From: an uncultured Anaerolineaceae bacterium
GTDB taxonomy: Bacteria; Chloroflexota; Anaerolineae; Anaerolineales; E44-bin32
Assembly: GCA_964385305.1 (NCBI GenBank)
Contig: CAYLOP010000003.1
Coordinates: 1 to 63,310 of the forward strand
Reading direction: 5' to 3'
DNA: 63,310 nucleotides
Shown here: positions 17,838 through 28,023 of the stretch, piece after piece
How positions within the stretch are numbered: the stretch's first letter is position 1
How the letters are laid out: each line of letters opens with the position of its first letter
Translations under genes and position numbers: made by a program
Notes under the pieces: model-generated
Told to the model about the DNA's origin: nothing
The model's input: the letters and a program-made list of their open reading frames with translations, nothing else
Database searches by the model: none

Positions 17838-19163
17838 GTGAAAAGAATGCGACAGAGCCGTTTTCGCTTTCTGATTTTGGTGTGGGCTATCATATCCTTC
17901 TTCCCTGGCCCGACTCATGCGCAAGCAGAACGTAAAATCCTAGTCCTGCGCGCACAAGGACCGCTGACGCCTGCGATGGTTGAGTATCTCGAACGAGGAC
18001 TCGAACGGGCGGATAGCGAAGATTATTTAGCGTTAGTGTTTCAATTGGACACGCCTGGAGGTTCGGTGGATCTCATGAATCGCATGGTTCAGTCGATTCG
18101 AGCGAGTGAGGTCCCGGTTGTAATCTACATTGCACCCCGAGGTGCGATGGCGGGGAGTGCGGGCACGGTGATCACGCTCGCCGGGCATGCCGCCGCCATG
18201 GCTCCGGAGACCGCCATCGGCGCAGCGAGTCCGGTCGGGGGGCAGGGTGAGGATCTCGAGCAGACGATTGAGACCAAACAAAAAGAGATTCTCAAAGCCA
18301 CGGTCCGCAGCCTTGCTTCGCGTCGCGGCGAAGAAGCGGTAAAACTTGCCGAAGCGACGATTGAAGCCGCCTTGGCTGCTTCCGCTGAAGAAGCCCTCGA
18401 AGTGGGACTGATCGACTTCATCGCTCAGGATCTAGAGGATCTCCTCCAGCAGCTCGATGGATTTGAGGTGTCATTGGGGGATGAGTCATATACGCTGCGA
18501 ACTTCCGACGCTCAAGTGGATGAGCTTTCCCAAAGCTTTATCGAGCAATTTCTTCAGGTGCTGACAAACCCGAACGTCACATTTTTGCTCCTCACGGTTG
18601 GTGTGCAAGCCATTCTGATTGAAATTTCAAGTCCGGGTGGGTGGGTGGCCGGCTTCATTGGTGTTGTGTCTGTAGCGCTGGGGACCTACGGTCTAGGCGT
18701 GCTGCCGGTTAATTGGTTTGGCTTGATCTTCTTGGCCACAGCCTTTGTGCTCTTCCTGCTGGATATCAAGGCGCCGACCCACGGAGCCTTGACGGCTGCG
18801 GGTGTGGCATCCCTTGTCATTGGCGCTTTGGTGCTCTTTAATTCGCCCAGCACACCGAGTTTTCAGAGGGTATCAATACCCCTGGTTTTCGGTGTGGCCA
18901 TTACGACGGCACTCTTCTTCACAACAATTCTCACATTCGCACTGCGTGCACAGCGCCGACCGATTGAGGTGGGAGTGGAAGCGTTGGTAGGCCGGGTTGG
19001 TGAATCAAGATCCGCCTTGGATCCGTCTGGAATGGTCCATGTCGCCGGCGAGTTGTGGACGGCGAGCATTGAGCCTGGGGCGGAACCCATCCAAGCCGGG
19101 GAGAGAGTTGAGGTAGTCAAAGTTGATGGGCTGAAGTTGGTGGTTCGTTCTAAGAAGGTATAA
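17838..19163 (+). CDS. NfeD-family membrane-bound ClpP-class serine protease
   Basis: 441 aa. Signal sequence, ClpP-like domain (LDTPGGSVD, MAGSAGT), four or five TM segments, and a C-terminal OB-like NfeD domain (GERVEVVKVDGLKLVV). Confidence 0.8.
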   Translation: MKRMRQSRFRFLILVWAIISFFPGPTHAQAERKILVLRAQGPLTPAMVEYLERGLERADSEDYLALVFQLDTPGGSVDLMNRMVQSIRASEVPVVIYIAPRGAMAGSAGTVITLAGHAAAMAPETAIGAASPVGGQGEDLEQTIETKQKEILKATVRSLASRRGEEAVKLAEATIEAALAASAEEALEVGLIDFIAQDLEDLLQQLDGFEVSLGDESYTLRTSDAQVDELSQSFIEQFLQVLTNPNVTFLLLTVGVQAILIEISSPGGWVAGFIGVVSVALGTYGLGVLPVNWFGLIFLATAFVLFLLDIKAPTHGALTAAGVASLVIGALVLFNSPSTPSFQRVSIPLVFGVAITTALFFTTILTFALRAQRRPIEVGVEALVGRVGESRSALDPSGMVHVAGELWTASIEPGAEPIQAGERVEVVKVDGLKLVVRSKKV

Positions 19164-19223
19164 CTCAATTGACTCGAGTTCATACCAACTGTAAACTAAC
19201 GTAGTTAGTTTAAGGAGGACACG

Positions 19224-19826
19224 ATGTCATCATCAACTTTTCGCTTGATACTTCGCACTGGTCCCAGCCCTGGCATGGTTCACGATCTGGAAGAAGAAGT
19301 CATCATGATCGGGCGGGATGTGGCAAACAACGTTGTTATTCCCGATACAGAGATTTCGCGTCAGCATGCTCGTCTAACAAGGTCCCCTGCAGGTTATGTC
19401 CTGGAGGATTTGGGTTCCACCAATGGTACATTTATTAACGGGGAACGGATCGCTGCAGCGAGGGTATTGAATCCAGGTGATTTGATCGCCTTTGGTGAGA
19501 CGGTCACGCTGACCTATGACGCGATTTCACCCGAAGCTGCTGCAACCGTGGCGCACCCGGTAGCTGAACCCGCCGCACCCCCGCCCGCCCAAAAAGCCCC
19601 TCAGACGTGGGAGGCCCAGGCACCTCCTGCTGCCGTTGCCATACCTCCAGGGGAAGCTGCGCCTCCAAGAAAGCGCTTGGCGGTTGGGATTGCTGGGGTG
19701 GGTATCGCTATTCTCGTCCTGGCCTGTCTGGCGATCCTTGTCTATATGTGGAACATGCCGCAATCACAGTGGTGCATTATCCTGACCCCTTTGCGGATCT
19801 TTGGTTTCGAGTTCCCGGGCTGTTAG
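19224..19826 (+). CDS. FHA domain protein with Pro/Ala linker and C-terminal TM segment
   Basis: IGRDVANNVVIPDTEISRQHARL...LEDLGSTNGTFINGERI is a canonical FHA. TM segment GIAGVGIAILVLACLAILVY. Confidence 0.8.
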   Translation: MSSSTFRLILRTGPSPGMVHDLEEEVIMIGRDVANNVVIPDTEISRQHARLTRSPAGYVLEDLGSTNGTFINGERIAAARVLNPGDLIAFGETVTLTYDAISPEAAATVAHPVAEPAAPPPAQKAPQTWEAQAPPAAVAIPPGEAAPPRKRLAVGIAGVGIAILVLACLAILVYMWNMPQSQWCIILTPLRIFGFEFPGC

Positions 19827-19844
19827 AAATTCAGATAGGAGAGA

Positions 19845-19871
19845 GGGCGGCTACCCGGCCGCCCTTTTTTG
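19845..19871 (+). terminator. Intrinsic terminator after the FHA gene
   Basis: GGGCGGC (19845-19851) / GCCGCCC (19858-19864) stem, 6-nt loop, then TTTTTT. Confidence 0.65.
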
Positions 19872-20011
19872 CTTTAAGTGGGAATCAGCTTGTGGGGATT
19901 CGGCCTGGGGATTTTTTCTAACAAACTTACTCGGGAATCTGCTGTTTGATGTGACTTTTTGGGGCGCTTTGCATCCAAAGTTATGTAATCAAAGAATTGA
20001 GGAGATGGTAT

Positions 20012-20422
20012 ATGGAAATGGAAATTACTTTCCCGGGTGGTGCTCGCGTGGATGCTAGCTTCGGACCCTTCACTATCCAAACAGATCAATCGCCACGGGG
20101 AGGCGGGGAAGGTTCAGCGCCTGAGCCCTTCGCGCTTTTCTTGGCTTCAATTGGTACTTGCGCGGGGATCTATGTGCTCGGTTTTCTGAGGCAGCGTGGA
20201 ATATCGAGTGAAGGTGTTCGGATTGTCCAAAGGGTACATCACAACCTGTTGACGGGGATGATTGAGCAGATCGATTTGGAGATCCATGTCCCCCCCCAGT
20301 TCCCCGAGCGTTACTATGAAGCCCTCGTCCGTTCGGCTGAGTTGTGTGCTGTGAAGAAGCATTTGGAGAGCCCGCCGCGCTTCAACGTAAAGACGTTAGC
20401 CATGTCGCCGGTTGTTTCTTAA
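20012..20422 (+). CDS. OsmC/Ohr-family protein
   Basis: MEMEITFPGGARVDA...GEGSAPEPFALFLASIGTCAGIYV follows the OsmC pattern. GAGGAG lies 7 nt before ATG 20012 (the ORF track starts at TTG 19997). Confidence 0.75.
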   Translation: MEMEITFPGGARVDASFGPFTIQTDQSPRGGGEGSAPEPFALFLASIGTCAGIYVLGFLRQRGISSEGVRIVQRVHHNLLTGMIEQIDLEIHVPPQFPERYYEALVRSAELCAVKKHLESPPRFNVKTLAMSPVVS

Positions 20423-20458
20423 TATCGAAACCCTGTAGAATGTAGGGCGGAGGTCGTC

Positions 20459-21274
20459 ATGTGTAAACGACTTGTCGCCCTTTTCATTTTTGTAACGCTC
20501 ATCCTCTCCGGGTGCGCGCAAACGCAAGAGCCTCTCACCCAACCTTCATTAGTTCCTACCGGGGAAGGCAGTTCAACCCCTGACCGCCCCGAAACCCCCG
20601 CACCCCACTTCACCGCTATCCCTTCAGAGGATCCATACTTGGAAGAGCGCCAGATGATGGTGGTCACCGGCATCATCGGCTGGGGCGTGGAGGATCAACA
20701 AGTCGTAGATGTTATGGGACGCGTGCCACGGCATCTGTTCGTCCCGGAAGAGTACCTCAGCCAAGCCTATGCCAATCACCCGCTTCCTATCGGCTACGGT
20801 CAAACGATTTCTCAGCCTTACATCGTAGCGTTGATGACACAGGAGCTGGGTGTAGAAGCTGGCGACAAAGTGTTGGAGATTGGTACTGGTTCCGGATACC
20901 AGGCCGCAGTATTGGCAGAATTGGGCGTAGAAGTCTTCACAATGGAAATCGTCGGCCCCTTAGCCGAAACGGCTGAGGCGCGGTTAGATGCGCTAGGATA
21001 TATCCATGCCCATGTGCGCCATGAGGACGGTTACTTTGGTTGGCCTGAGGAGGCGCCATTTGATGCGATCATCGTCACCGCCGCGCCGGATCATGTCCCA
21101 CAGCCCTTATTGCAGCAGCTCAAAGTCGGCGGCGTGATGGTGATCCCGGTAGGCCCTGTGGGCGGTTTCCAGGAACTGTGGCGCATCACGCGCATCGATG
21201 AGGAGACCGTTAAATCAGAAAGCCTGGGCGGCGTGCGGTTTGTGCCCTTGACGCGCAGTTTTAAAGATGAGTGA
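20459..21274 (+). CDS. pcm: Protein-L-isoaspartate O-methyltransferase with an N-terminal lipoprotein-like signal
   Basis: GQTISQPYIVALM and the SAM motif LEIGTGSGYQAAVLAELG. N-terminal LILSGC lipobox-like sequence. Confidence 0.85.
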   Translation: MCKRLVALFIFVTLILSGCAQTQEPLTQPSLVPTGEGSSTPDRPETPAPHFTAIPSEDPYLEERQMMVVTGIIGWGVEDQQVVDVMGRVPRHLFVPEEYLSQAYANHPLPIGYGQTISQPYIVALMTQELGVEAGDKVLEIGTGSGYQAAVLAELGVEVFTMEIVGPLAETAEARLDALGYIHAHVRHEDGYFGWPEEAPFDAIIVTAAPDHVPQPLLQQLKVGGVMVIPVGPVGGFQELWRITRIDEETVKSESLGGVRFVPLTRSFKDE

Positions 21275-21586
21275 AGGACTTATGTCCAATCGTAGAAGGA
21301 ATCACGCCAAGGTCTAGATATACGATGGGACTCTCCCTAAGAAAGTGGTGAAGGTTTTCTTTCTATGTGTGTGGAAAAACCTGCGATCACAAGAAGTTGA
21401 GCCGGCTTTGACCGGCTTTGCATTTGCGGTCTTGTGGATTTTAATCCGCGATGGTGGTTTTCGATCTGTTTTCAGAACCATAGATGGACAGTCTACTCAC
21501 AATTGAGCACCGTTAACTGATCGACAAAAAAATGTAAATCAAGTGATCCATTGGCGCCTTCTCGATTGCTCGGAGTGAAGAGGCTG

Positions 21587-23962
21587 CTATCTATTGGCTT
21601 CTCGCATGGGCGCGGTCAGCAGTGCACCAAGGTAGGCGATCGCGCCAACAGCAAAGGTGGCAGAGAGTCCGAGATCGAGTGCGAGCATCGCGGAAAGCAC
21701 GCCGCTAATACCGGAGACAGCACCATTGATAGCCCATGCCCATGGGATCATGCCGGGGAATCGTCCCTCGATGTGTCGCAGCCCTGCTGCGAAGGGGACA
21801 CCCATCAGCAGCCCTATCGGGGCTAGGCATACAAACGCAAGGGCGAGACGTCCTATGAGGTTCCATGGCAAGGCGAGGTGGATCACTCTGGGAAGGAGTA
21901 AGGCGAGCAGTGCGAGCAGGAGGACAAGCGCGGCGAGCGTTTTACGAAGATCCAAGCGCGGCGAGAGATCACTTCCGATGCCGGAAAAAACCAGTAGCGT
22001 GAAAAGAACCGTAGCGAAGGCTATCGTCGGATGGTCTAACAGGAGTGTGAGGCGTTGGATGAGCGGGATCTCGATCAGGAGGTAACCCGCGCCGAGCAAC
22101 CCAAAGTAGAGCACCATTCGGGGTTGCATTACGCCTTGGCTAGCTCTTCGCCGTATTAAGAAGAGCGGAGCAATCGCCAGAGGGATGGCGAGCAGAAGCA
22201 TCAGACCCAGCAAGGCCAGAAGGACGAGATAGCCGCTTCCGCCAAAGGGTTGCCAATTCAAGCCCAGCGAGGCCAGCACTTCCGGAGTCTGACGCCAGCG
22301 GAAGAAGTGGAAAAAGAAGGGGCGATTGTCGGTTGGTGGCTGAAGGTTGAAGTCATAGCCCATAATGGTTGCTTGTGGATCTTCGATCAATGCTACGAAC
22401 AACTCATGGTAGACATCATGCGGGAGTTGGTTATAGCGGTTGAGTTCATGCGGTTCGAGATCTGGGAGGTAGATTGGGTCGTAGCCATTCCGTATCAGAA
22501 ATGCGCGGGTTGTGCTGAGTTGGTCCTGCGAGAACGGTTGGCGAGACGCTATCATCGTCGCTGTGCGCATCCCACGAAAGGCGATTAAAGCGGGCGAGGG
22601 GTCTTCGACACCTAACGATCGGATGGCTTCAAGCAGCGTAGCCCAAGCCCGAGCTGACTCGCTGGGTGGGGTGCCAAGCCAGCGTGTGACCACGAGCAGG
22701 CCCTTTTCCGATAGCTGACTGTATGCTTGGCTCAGAGATTCTACGGTCAGGCCGAAATTCTCCGTGAGGCTGAAGGCTCCGGATGTCACGGGTCGGTATC
22801 CCTCACGCAGTGAAAACTGGATCACATCGTAACGATGGTCTTCCGCATGTAGGGCACCGCGCATGGTGCGACTGCTGATCGACACACGCGGGTGAGCTAG
22901 CAAGCCATAGCTGTAATTGGCATAGGGGCTAGCGAGGATTTGAGGGATAAGCGGATCATCGTAGACCGCAGTGACATGCGAGGCCCCAGCAGCCAGTGCA
23001 ATAACGGTATCAAGTCCTCCACCGGGGCAAAGGATGAGTGTCTGTGCATGAGGGTGGAGTTCATAGGCAAGAGATGCCGGCATGAAGGACGCCAGTTCTT
23101 CGGCATCGTGTGTGTTCGGGTCGATCGCGCTGATCGGGGATGGGTCGTCGCCGTCGGTGAAAAGCGAGGCTTGAAGCGGTAGGGTTACAGTGGCATTCAT
23201 GCTCAGCCCTGGGAATACGTGAACCGTGCTGCTCTCTACGATGTCAAACCGGGATGAGGCACTCCAGCGAGCAAGTTTGGTGTCGGCATCAGGGGCGAGG
23301 CGGATCATGGAAAGCGCTTTATAGGGCGAGAGGCGGAGTTCGAACGCAGGGGGTGTGAAGATACCGATCAAGATGGTGAATATGGAGATCATGGCAAGCA
23401 CGGCTCGCATGGCTGGTTGTGGGGCCAGTACGAGGGCAGAGAGTAAGCCAAGGGCAATCGCCAGGGCGGCAGCACCCTCGCCGCCCAGAAGTGCTAACGC
23501 AGCCAATGCGACCGGGCAGCCCACAGCGGAGCCGATGAGATTGGCAGCGTAGGGACGGTGTGCCTCCGAACCGGCATCAGCCAGACACGCACCGACGGTC
23601 CAGCCGGTGAAGAAGAAGGGCAAGGTCGCGGCAAGGAAATAAAGCAGTAAAACCCCCACCTGCTTTCGGTCCCAGGCAATGCTGTAAGAGTCGAACGGGA
23701 TTAGGTTGATCGTCGCATATACCAGAGCGCAGGCCGCCGCGAAGGCGAGTGCCAGGCGATGGAGTGGGGGATGCTTGGGCTGTGCAGCGAGCGCGACCCC
23801 ACTGGCGGCAAAGCCCATAACCGCCAGGCTCACGACAAGAAAGGCGAAGTGGTAGAACTGCTGAACCGCGAAGAGGCGCGTCAAGGTGATCTCGAATGCA
23901 AGCGACGCGGCTGAAATCAGCCCAAGGCCTAGGGTGATTTCTCTCCGATTATGTATGGACAT
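21587..23962 (-). CDS. Polytopic membrane protein fused to a spermidine-synthase-like methyltransferase-fold domain
   Basis: N-terminal FEITLTRLFAVQQFYHFAFLVVSLAVMG plus many TM segments at both ends and a soluble middle domain. ATG 23962 follows GAGGAG (the ORF track extends to 24076). Confidence 0.6.
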   Translation of the reverse strand: MSIHNRREITLGLGLISAASLAFEITLTRLFAVQQFYHFAFLVVSLAVMGFAASGVALAAQPKHPPLHRLALAFAAACALVYATINLIPFDSYSIAWDRKQVGVLLLYFLAATLPFFFTGWTVGACLADAGSEAHRPYAANLIGSAVGCPVALAALALLGGEGAAALAIALGLLSALVLAPQPAMRAVLAMISIFTILIGIFTPPAFELRLSPYKALSMIRLAPDADTKLARWSASSRFDIVESSTVHVFPGLSMNATVTLPLQASLFTDGDDPSPISAIDPNTHDAEELASFMPASLAYELHPHAQTLILCPGGGLDTVIALAAGASHVTAVYDDPLIPQILASPYANYSYGLLAHPRVSISSRTMRGALHAEDHRYDVIQFSLREGYRPVTSGAFSLTENFGLTVESLSQAYSQLSEKGLLVVTRWLGTPPSESARAWATLLEAIRSLGVEDPSPALIAFRGMRTATMIASRQPFSQDQLSTTRAFLIRNGYDPIYLPDLEPHELNRYNQLPHDVYHELFVALIEDPQATIMGYDFNLQPPTDNRPFFFHFFRWRQTPEVLASLGLNWQPFGGSGYLVLLALLGLMLLLAIPLAIAPLFLIRRRASQGVMQPRMVLYFGLLGAGYLLIEIPLIQRLTLLLDHPTIAFATVLFTLLVFSGIGSDLSPRLDLRKTLAALVLLLALLALLLPRVIHLALPWNLIGRLALAFVCLAPIGLLMGVPFAAGLRHIEGRFPGMIPWAWAINGAVSGISGVLSAMLALDLGLSATFAVGAIAYLGALLTAPMREANR

Positions 23963-24158
23963 CCCGCCTTTCTCCTCGATCCTCTTAATTTTAGCTGAAG
24001 TGCGGGTTGCCACAAATAGGGCTGGGATAGACGTTGATGGTCTGAAAAGGACAACTGAGGAGTTAACGGATTTCAAATCTCCTATTTACATACTTCCAAT
24101 GTAGAGAGGTTATCCTTCATTATGAATTCGAAATGTATCAATAGTCGGAGGAGTAACG

Positions 24159-24557
24159 ATGACAACTTACTTCATGGTTCCTAGAATGTACAGCCGTATT
24201 CAATCATATCGACCTGTTGGTTTCAATGGTGGTCGCCGAGTTCCCGTCGACGTACATGCCAATCAGGATGAGTATGTGATCACCGCCTCGGTTCCAGGGC
24301 TGAAGCCTGATGATTTGCATGTCGAGATCCTCGATGATGTGGTGACCCTTCGCTCAGAAATTGCGGAAGAAGAGAACGGCGACGGCAAGTATTTGCTGCG
24401 AGAAATGGGCGTTGGTCCTTTCTGCCGAAGCTTGCGGCTGCCCGATCCCGTGGACGGTGACAAAGCGAACGCAAAGGTCGAGAACGGTTTACTTACGGTG
24501 CGCGTCCCGAAAGTAGAAGCGGCACGCCCGAAAGAAATCAAAGTCAAATCACGCTAA
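24159..24557 (+). CDS. Hsp20/alpha-crystallin small heat-shock protein
   Basis: VDVHANQDEYVITASVPGLKPDDLHVEILDDVVTLR ... ENGLLTVRVPK. Confidence 0.9.
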   Translation: MTTYFMVPRMYSRIQSYRPVGFNGGRRVPVDVHANQDEYVITASVPGLKPDDLHVEILDDVVTLRSEIAEEENGDGKYLLREMGVGPFCRSLRLPDPVDGDKANAKVENGLLTVRVPKVEAARPKEIKVKSR

Positions 24558-24629
24558 GGCGATAGGGGCACCTGAGGTACAATGGACGGCAGAAGCCGTC
24601 CATTGTCCTTTCTGCAGCATGGGGAGCGC

Positions 24630-25349
24630 ATGTTACCGATTCGCGATACGGTACGATCCTGGTCATTTCCGATTGTCAACTACGCTTTGATCGCTTTAAA
24701 CGTGCTAGCGTTTCTGTTTGAATCTTCTCTGAGTTCCGATGGATTTAATCGTCTACTTTACACGCTTGGCCTGACACCAGCCAACCTCACCACCTTCCAC
24801 CCCTTCAGCTTTTTCACCCTGTTGACCTCGATGTTCATGCACGGAAGCTGGTTTCACCTCATCAGCAACATGTGGATACTATACATCTTCGGCGACAATG
24901 TTGAGGACCGCATGGGCTCGGGGCGCTACCTGGCGTTCTACCTGTTGAGCGGGACATTGGCAGGTTTGATCCACGCGTTTGTGACCTGCGAGGTCTATGG
25001 ATCTCAGTCACCCGTCGCGATGATCCCCACTGTCGGCGCAAGTGGTGCGTTGGCGAGCGTCTTAGGGGCGTACTTTGTGCTCTACCCCAACGCGCGCGTA
25101 ACGACGTTTGTTCCGCTATTTATCTTGCCCTGGTTCATCGATGTACCCGCATTCATATTCATTGGCGTCTGGTTTGTCTCCCAATTATCGTCAGGGCTGC
25201 TCAGTTTGGGCGCTTACGGGTTGTTTGGGGGAATTGCATGGTGGGCGCATATCGGCGGATTTGCGGTAGGTGTGGTACTGGTAAGGCTTTTCACCCGCCG
25301 ACGTAGACTCTATCGTTCGTGGTATCCCGATGAATACTGGCCATGGTGA
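24630..25349 (+). CDS. Rhomboid-family intramembrane serine protease
   Basis: Six TM segments. Catalytic GASGALASVLGAY and a downstream AHIGGFAVG histidine. Internal ATG 24630 preferred (MLPIRDT). Confidence 0.85.
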   Translation: MLPIRDTVRSWSFPIVNYALIALNVLAFLFESSLSSDGFNRLLYTLGLTPANLTTFHPFSFFTLLTSMFMHGSWFHLISNMWILYIFGDNVEDRMGSGRYLAFYLLSGTLAGLIHAFVTCEVYGSQSPVAMIPTVGASGALASVLGAYFVLYPNARVTTFVPLFILPWFIDVPAFIFIGVWFVSQLSSGLLSLGAYGLFGGIAWWAHIGGFAVGVVLVRLFTRRRRLYRSWYPDEYWPW

Positions 25350-25381
25350 ACCATCGTGAAAGTTGATAAAAGGGATATGAG

Positions 25382-26236
25382 ATGAATGTTTCCTTACTCT
25401 TCTTTCTCTTCCTGATTCTAGCGACGCTCCAACCTGCGTTCCGGCAGCGCATGCTGGAAACCGCGCGAAGAAGAAAGATTCGTGAGTTGGAGCAAAAACG
25501 AGGAAGTCGAGTGATCGTGTTGATCCATCGTCAAGAGACGCTCGCACTTTTAGGTTTCCCTTTGGCGCGCTACATTAACATCCAAGACTCGGAGGAGATC
25601 CTACGCGCTGTGAAGCTCACAGACCCCGAGATGCCGATTGACTTGGTGTTGCATACGCCAGGCGGTCTTGTTTTAGCGTCAAAGCAAATTGCTTATGCGC
25701 TCTGTAGACACCCTGGCAAGGTTACGGTGTTTATTCCCCATTACGCGCTTTCGGGTGGGACGATGATCGCGCTCTCCGCCGATGAGATCGTGATGGACGA
25801 GAATGCGGTTTTAGGGCCTGTCGACCCGCAGGTGGGGCAGTCGCCTGCATCTTCGATCCTGCGTGTGATTGAACAAAAAGATATCGATCATGTTGAAGAC
25901 CAGACGCTGATACTAGCGGACGTTGCGCAAAAGGCAGTCCATCAAATACAGGCGACTTTAGAAAGGCTCTTGAGGATGAGCAGTGGAATTTCAGATGCTC
26001 GTGCCACGGACCTGGCTGGCATTCTCTCTTCCGGCCGCTGGACGCATGACTACCCGATAACGGTCGACGAAGCAGAAGAGTTCGGATTACCGATATCCAC
26101 CGATATGCCAGAAGAGGTATATCAACTGATGAGCCTTTATCCTCAAAGTTCGCAAAGACGACCCACAGTGGAATATATTCCTATGCCGTATCCTCTTCAA
26201 CCGCCGACGCCCCCAGGAAGCAGTGGCGAGAGGTGA
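25382..26236 (+). CDS. Membrane-anchored ClpP-fold serine protease (SDH / DUF114-like family)
   Basis: N-terminal TM segment. VLHTPGGLVLASKQIAYAL...IPHYALSGGTMIALSADEIVM is a ClpP/SppA-like pattern. Confidence 0.65.
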   Translation: MNVSLLFFLFLILATLQPAFRQRMLETARRRKIRELEQKRGSRVIVLIHRQETLALLGFPLARYINIQDSEEILRAVKLTDPEMPIDLVLHTPGGLVLASKQIAYALCRHPGKVTVFIPHYALSGGTMIALSADEIVMDENAVLGPVDPQVGQSPASSILRVIEQKDIDHVEDQTLILADVAQKAVHQIQATLERLLRMSSGISDARATDLAGILSSGRWTHDYPITVDEAEEFGLPISTDMPEEVYQLMSLYPQSSQRRPTVEYIPMPYPLQPPTPPGSSGER

Positions 26237-26327
26237 CTACGAGGGGCGGATTGGTTTACGCAGAATGTGCTAGTCCCATGGCTAATCGCATCGGAAGATG
26301 CGGAGCCAGAGGAAGGAGGGATAGAAA

Positions 26328-27155
26328 ATGAGTAGTGAAGATAGAATGCAAATTAACCCCAATACTGCGGATGTGAAGATGCTTGTGCAAATCCCCGGTG
26401 TGGGTGAGGTATTGGCAGGACGCATCCATGAATATCGGCCTTTTGATACCTCTCGAGACCTGCTTCGTGTGCCGGGTATTGGAGAGGCAACGCTGCGTAG
26501 AATGGAGTCGTATCTGCGGCTTAATGAGGCGTCGAGCAAGTCCTCAACCATTGTCAAAGACCAGCTTAAATCAAAGGTGGTTGACGGCAGGACAACCTCA
26601 GCAGACCCGCTGCCGGAGGATTCCGGAGCTCCTAAAATTGCCCCAGAGCGCGCTGCTGAGGAGCCTGCCACACCAGGTCCAGCACGCATAAGACAGCAAA
26701 GACCGTACTTGACAGGTATAGATCCTCTTTGGCTAGCGGTCGGAACTGCCGTGGCCAGTATCTTTCTTTCTGTCCTTCTGAGCCTTGCGATTTTGATAGG
26801 CATTAACCGCACGCTCGACTTTGGACAACACAGCGTTGTTCAAGAGATGCGGGGTAGCCTTATGGATGTGCAAACAGATCTGGCAGGACTATCCTCGCGC
26901 ATCGAAGGCATCGACCAGCGGCTGGAGGCGGTTGAGGGGTTGAGTGGTCAGGTCAGGACACTCGAGAACGCATTCGCCACAATACGGGAAGATGTCGATG
27001 AGACGCTTCTCCAAATGGGGGAAACCCGTGCTCTGGTAGATGAAATGGTTGGGGAGGTCAATAGGTTATCGACGCGTGTCGGTGTATTCGACCGCTTTCT
27101 CCAGGGATTGGACAATCTGCTGACAGATCTCGTGCCACTCTCGGAGCCTGAGTGA
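26328..27155 (+). CDS. Helix-hairpin-helix (ComEA-like) protein with a central TM segment and C-terminal coiled coil
   Basis: INPNTADVKMLVQIPGVGEVLAGRI...LLRVPGIGEATLRRM forms a tandem HhH. TM segment LWLAVGTAVASIFLSVLLSLAILIGI. The C-terminus is heptad-rich. Confidence 0.6.
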   Translation: MSSEDRMQINPNTADVKMLVQIPGVGEVLAGRIHEYRPFDTSRDLLRVPGIGEATLRRMESYLRLNEASSKSSTIVKDQLKSKVVDGRTTSADPLPEDSGAPKIAPERAAEEPATPGPARIRQQRPYLTGIDPLWLAVGTAVASIFLSVLLSLAILIGINRTLDFGQHSVVQEMRGSLMDVQTDLAGLSSRIEGIDQRLEAVEGLSGQVRTLENAFATIREDVDETLLQMGETRALVDEMVGEVNRLSTRVGVFDRFLQGLDNLLTDLVPLSEPE

Positions 27156-27156
27156 G

Positions 27157-28023
27157 ATGAGGGAGCAAATGGAGGCAGTCATGAGTGAGGAGCACGAAAT
27201 GGTCGCATCGAACGAGACGAAGGGGATCGGGAACGGGTGCCGTCGCGCATTCTGGTGGGTTATTCGCTTGCTGGTCGTGATCAGCTTTGGTGTTGGAGTT
27301 GGAGCGGGTGTGTATTATGGTGTTCCCGCGCTCTACCGAGGTGTTATCGAGCCAACGCGCCGTAACACACAGCGTATCGCGGATCTGGAGGGAGCTCTTG
27401 CTCAAGAGCAAGAGGCGAGTGGGAAACAGCTTGAGCAGAGTGATAATCGCCTCGCAGATGTAGAAGGGAAGCTCGCACAGCAAGCAGAGGATTTGGCAAC
27501 CCTGCAAGCTGAGATGGCAACCCTTGAGGGCGAACAAGACGACTTGCGTGCGGAGATCGGCATATTGGGGCGCTTGGCGGATCAGATGGAGAGTCTGGCG
27601 ATTGAATTAGAAGACACCGTTGCCAGAGTTGATGGTGTGGAGATGATCCTTGAGACTTCTGGGGCGCCTGCACAGCAGCTTGAGCATCGCATCCAGTTGA
27701 TCCGTGCGATGACCATTCTGACACGCGCGCGACTCTGGCTTGTGCAAGACGACCTGGGCACGGCGGCCGAGGACATCGAAGATGCTAGAGCAGTGCTCCT
27801 TGACGCCCTTCGCGACGCAACAGATGAGGATATTGAGAAGTTGGAACCGATTGTGCGGCGCCTGGATCTTGCACTAGACGATATCCGCGTTTCACCTTCG
27901 GTTGCCGCAGACGAGCTCGAGATTGCTTGGAAGCTTCTAAGCGAAGCGGCCACCCCTCCAGCCACCGAGGCTGAGGATATACTTAAAGATACCCTTGAGG
28001 AGAGTACGTATGATTCAAGATGA
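27157..28023 (+). CDS. Single-pass membrane coiled-coil protein, function unknown
   Basis: 288 aa. TM segment FWWVIRLLVVISFGVGVGAGVYYGV followed by a long Glu/Leu/Ala coiled coil. Starts 1 nt after the upstream stop. Confidence 0.5.
   Translation: MREQMEAVMSEEHEMVASNETKGIGNGCRRAFWWVIRLLVVISFGVGVGAGVYYGVPALYRGVIEPTRRNTQRIADLEGALAQEQEASGKQLEQSDNRLADVEGKLAQQAEDLATLQAEMATLEGEQDDLRAEIGILGRLADQMESLAIELEDTVARVDGVEMILETSGAPAQQLEHRIQLIRAMTILTRARLWLVQDDLGTAAEDIEDARAVLLDALRDATDEDIEKLEPIVRRLDLALDDIRVSPSVAADELEIAWKLLSEAATPPATEAEDILKDTLEESTYDSR

Noticed and set aside
26383-27724. Long alternative-frame and antisense ORFs inside GC-rich genes (for example 26383-26691, 26282-26812, 27344-27724, 27582-28130, and many similar ones elsewhere)
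   Set aside because: These are shadow ORFs typical of GC-rich coding DNA. They are Arg/Ser/Pro-rich and motif-free, and each is fully contained in a gene with clear homology or structure.
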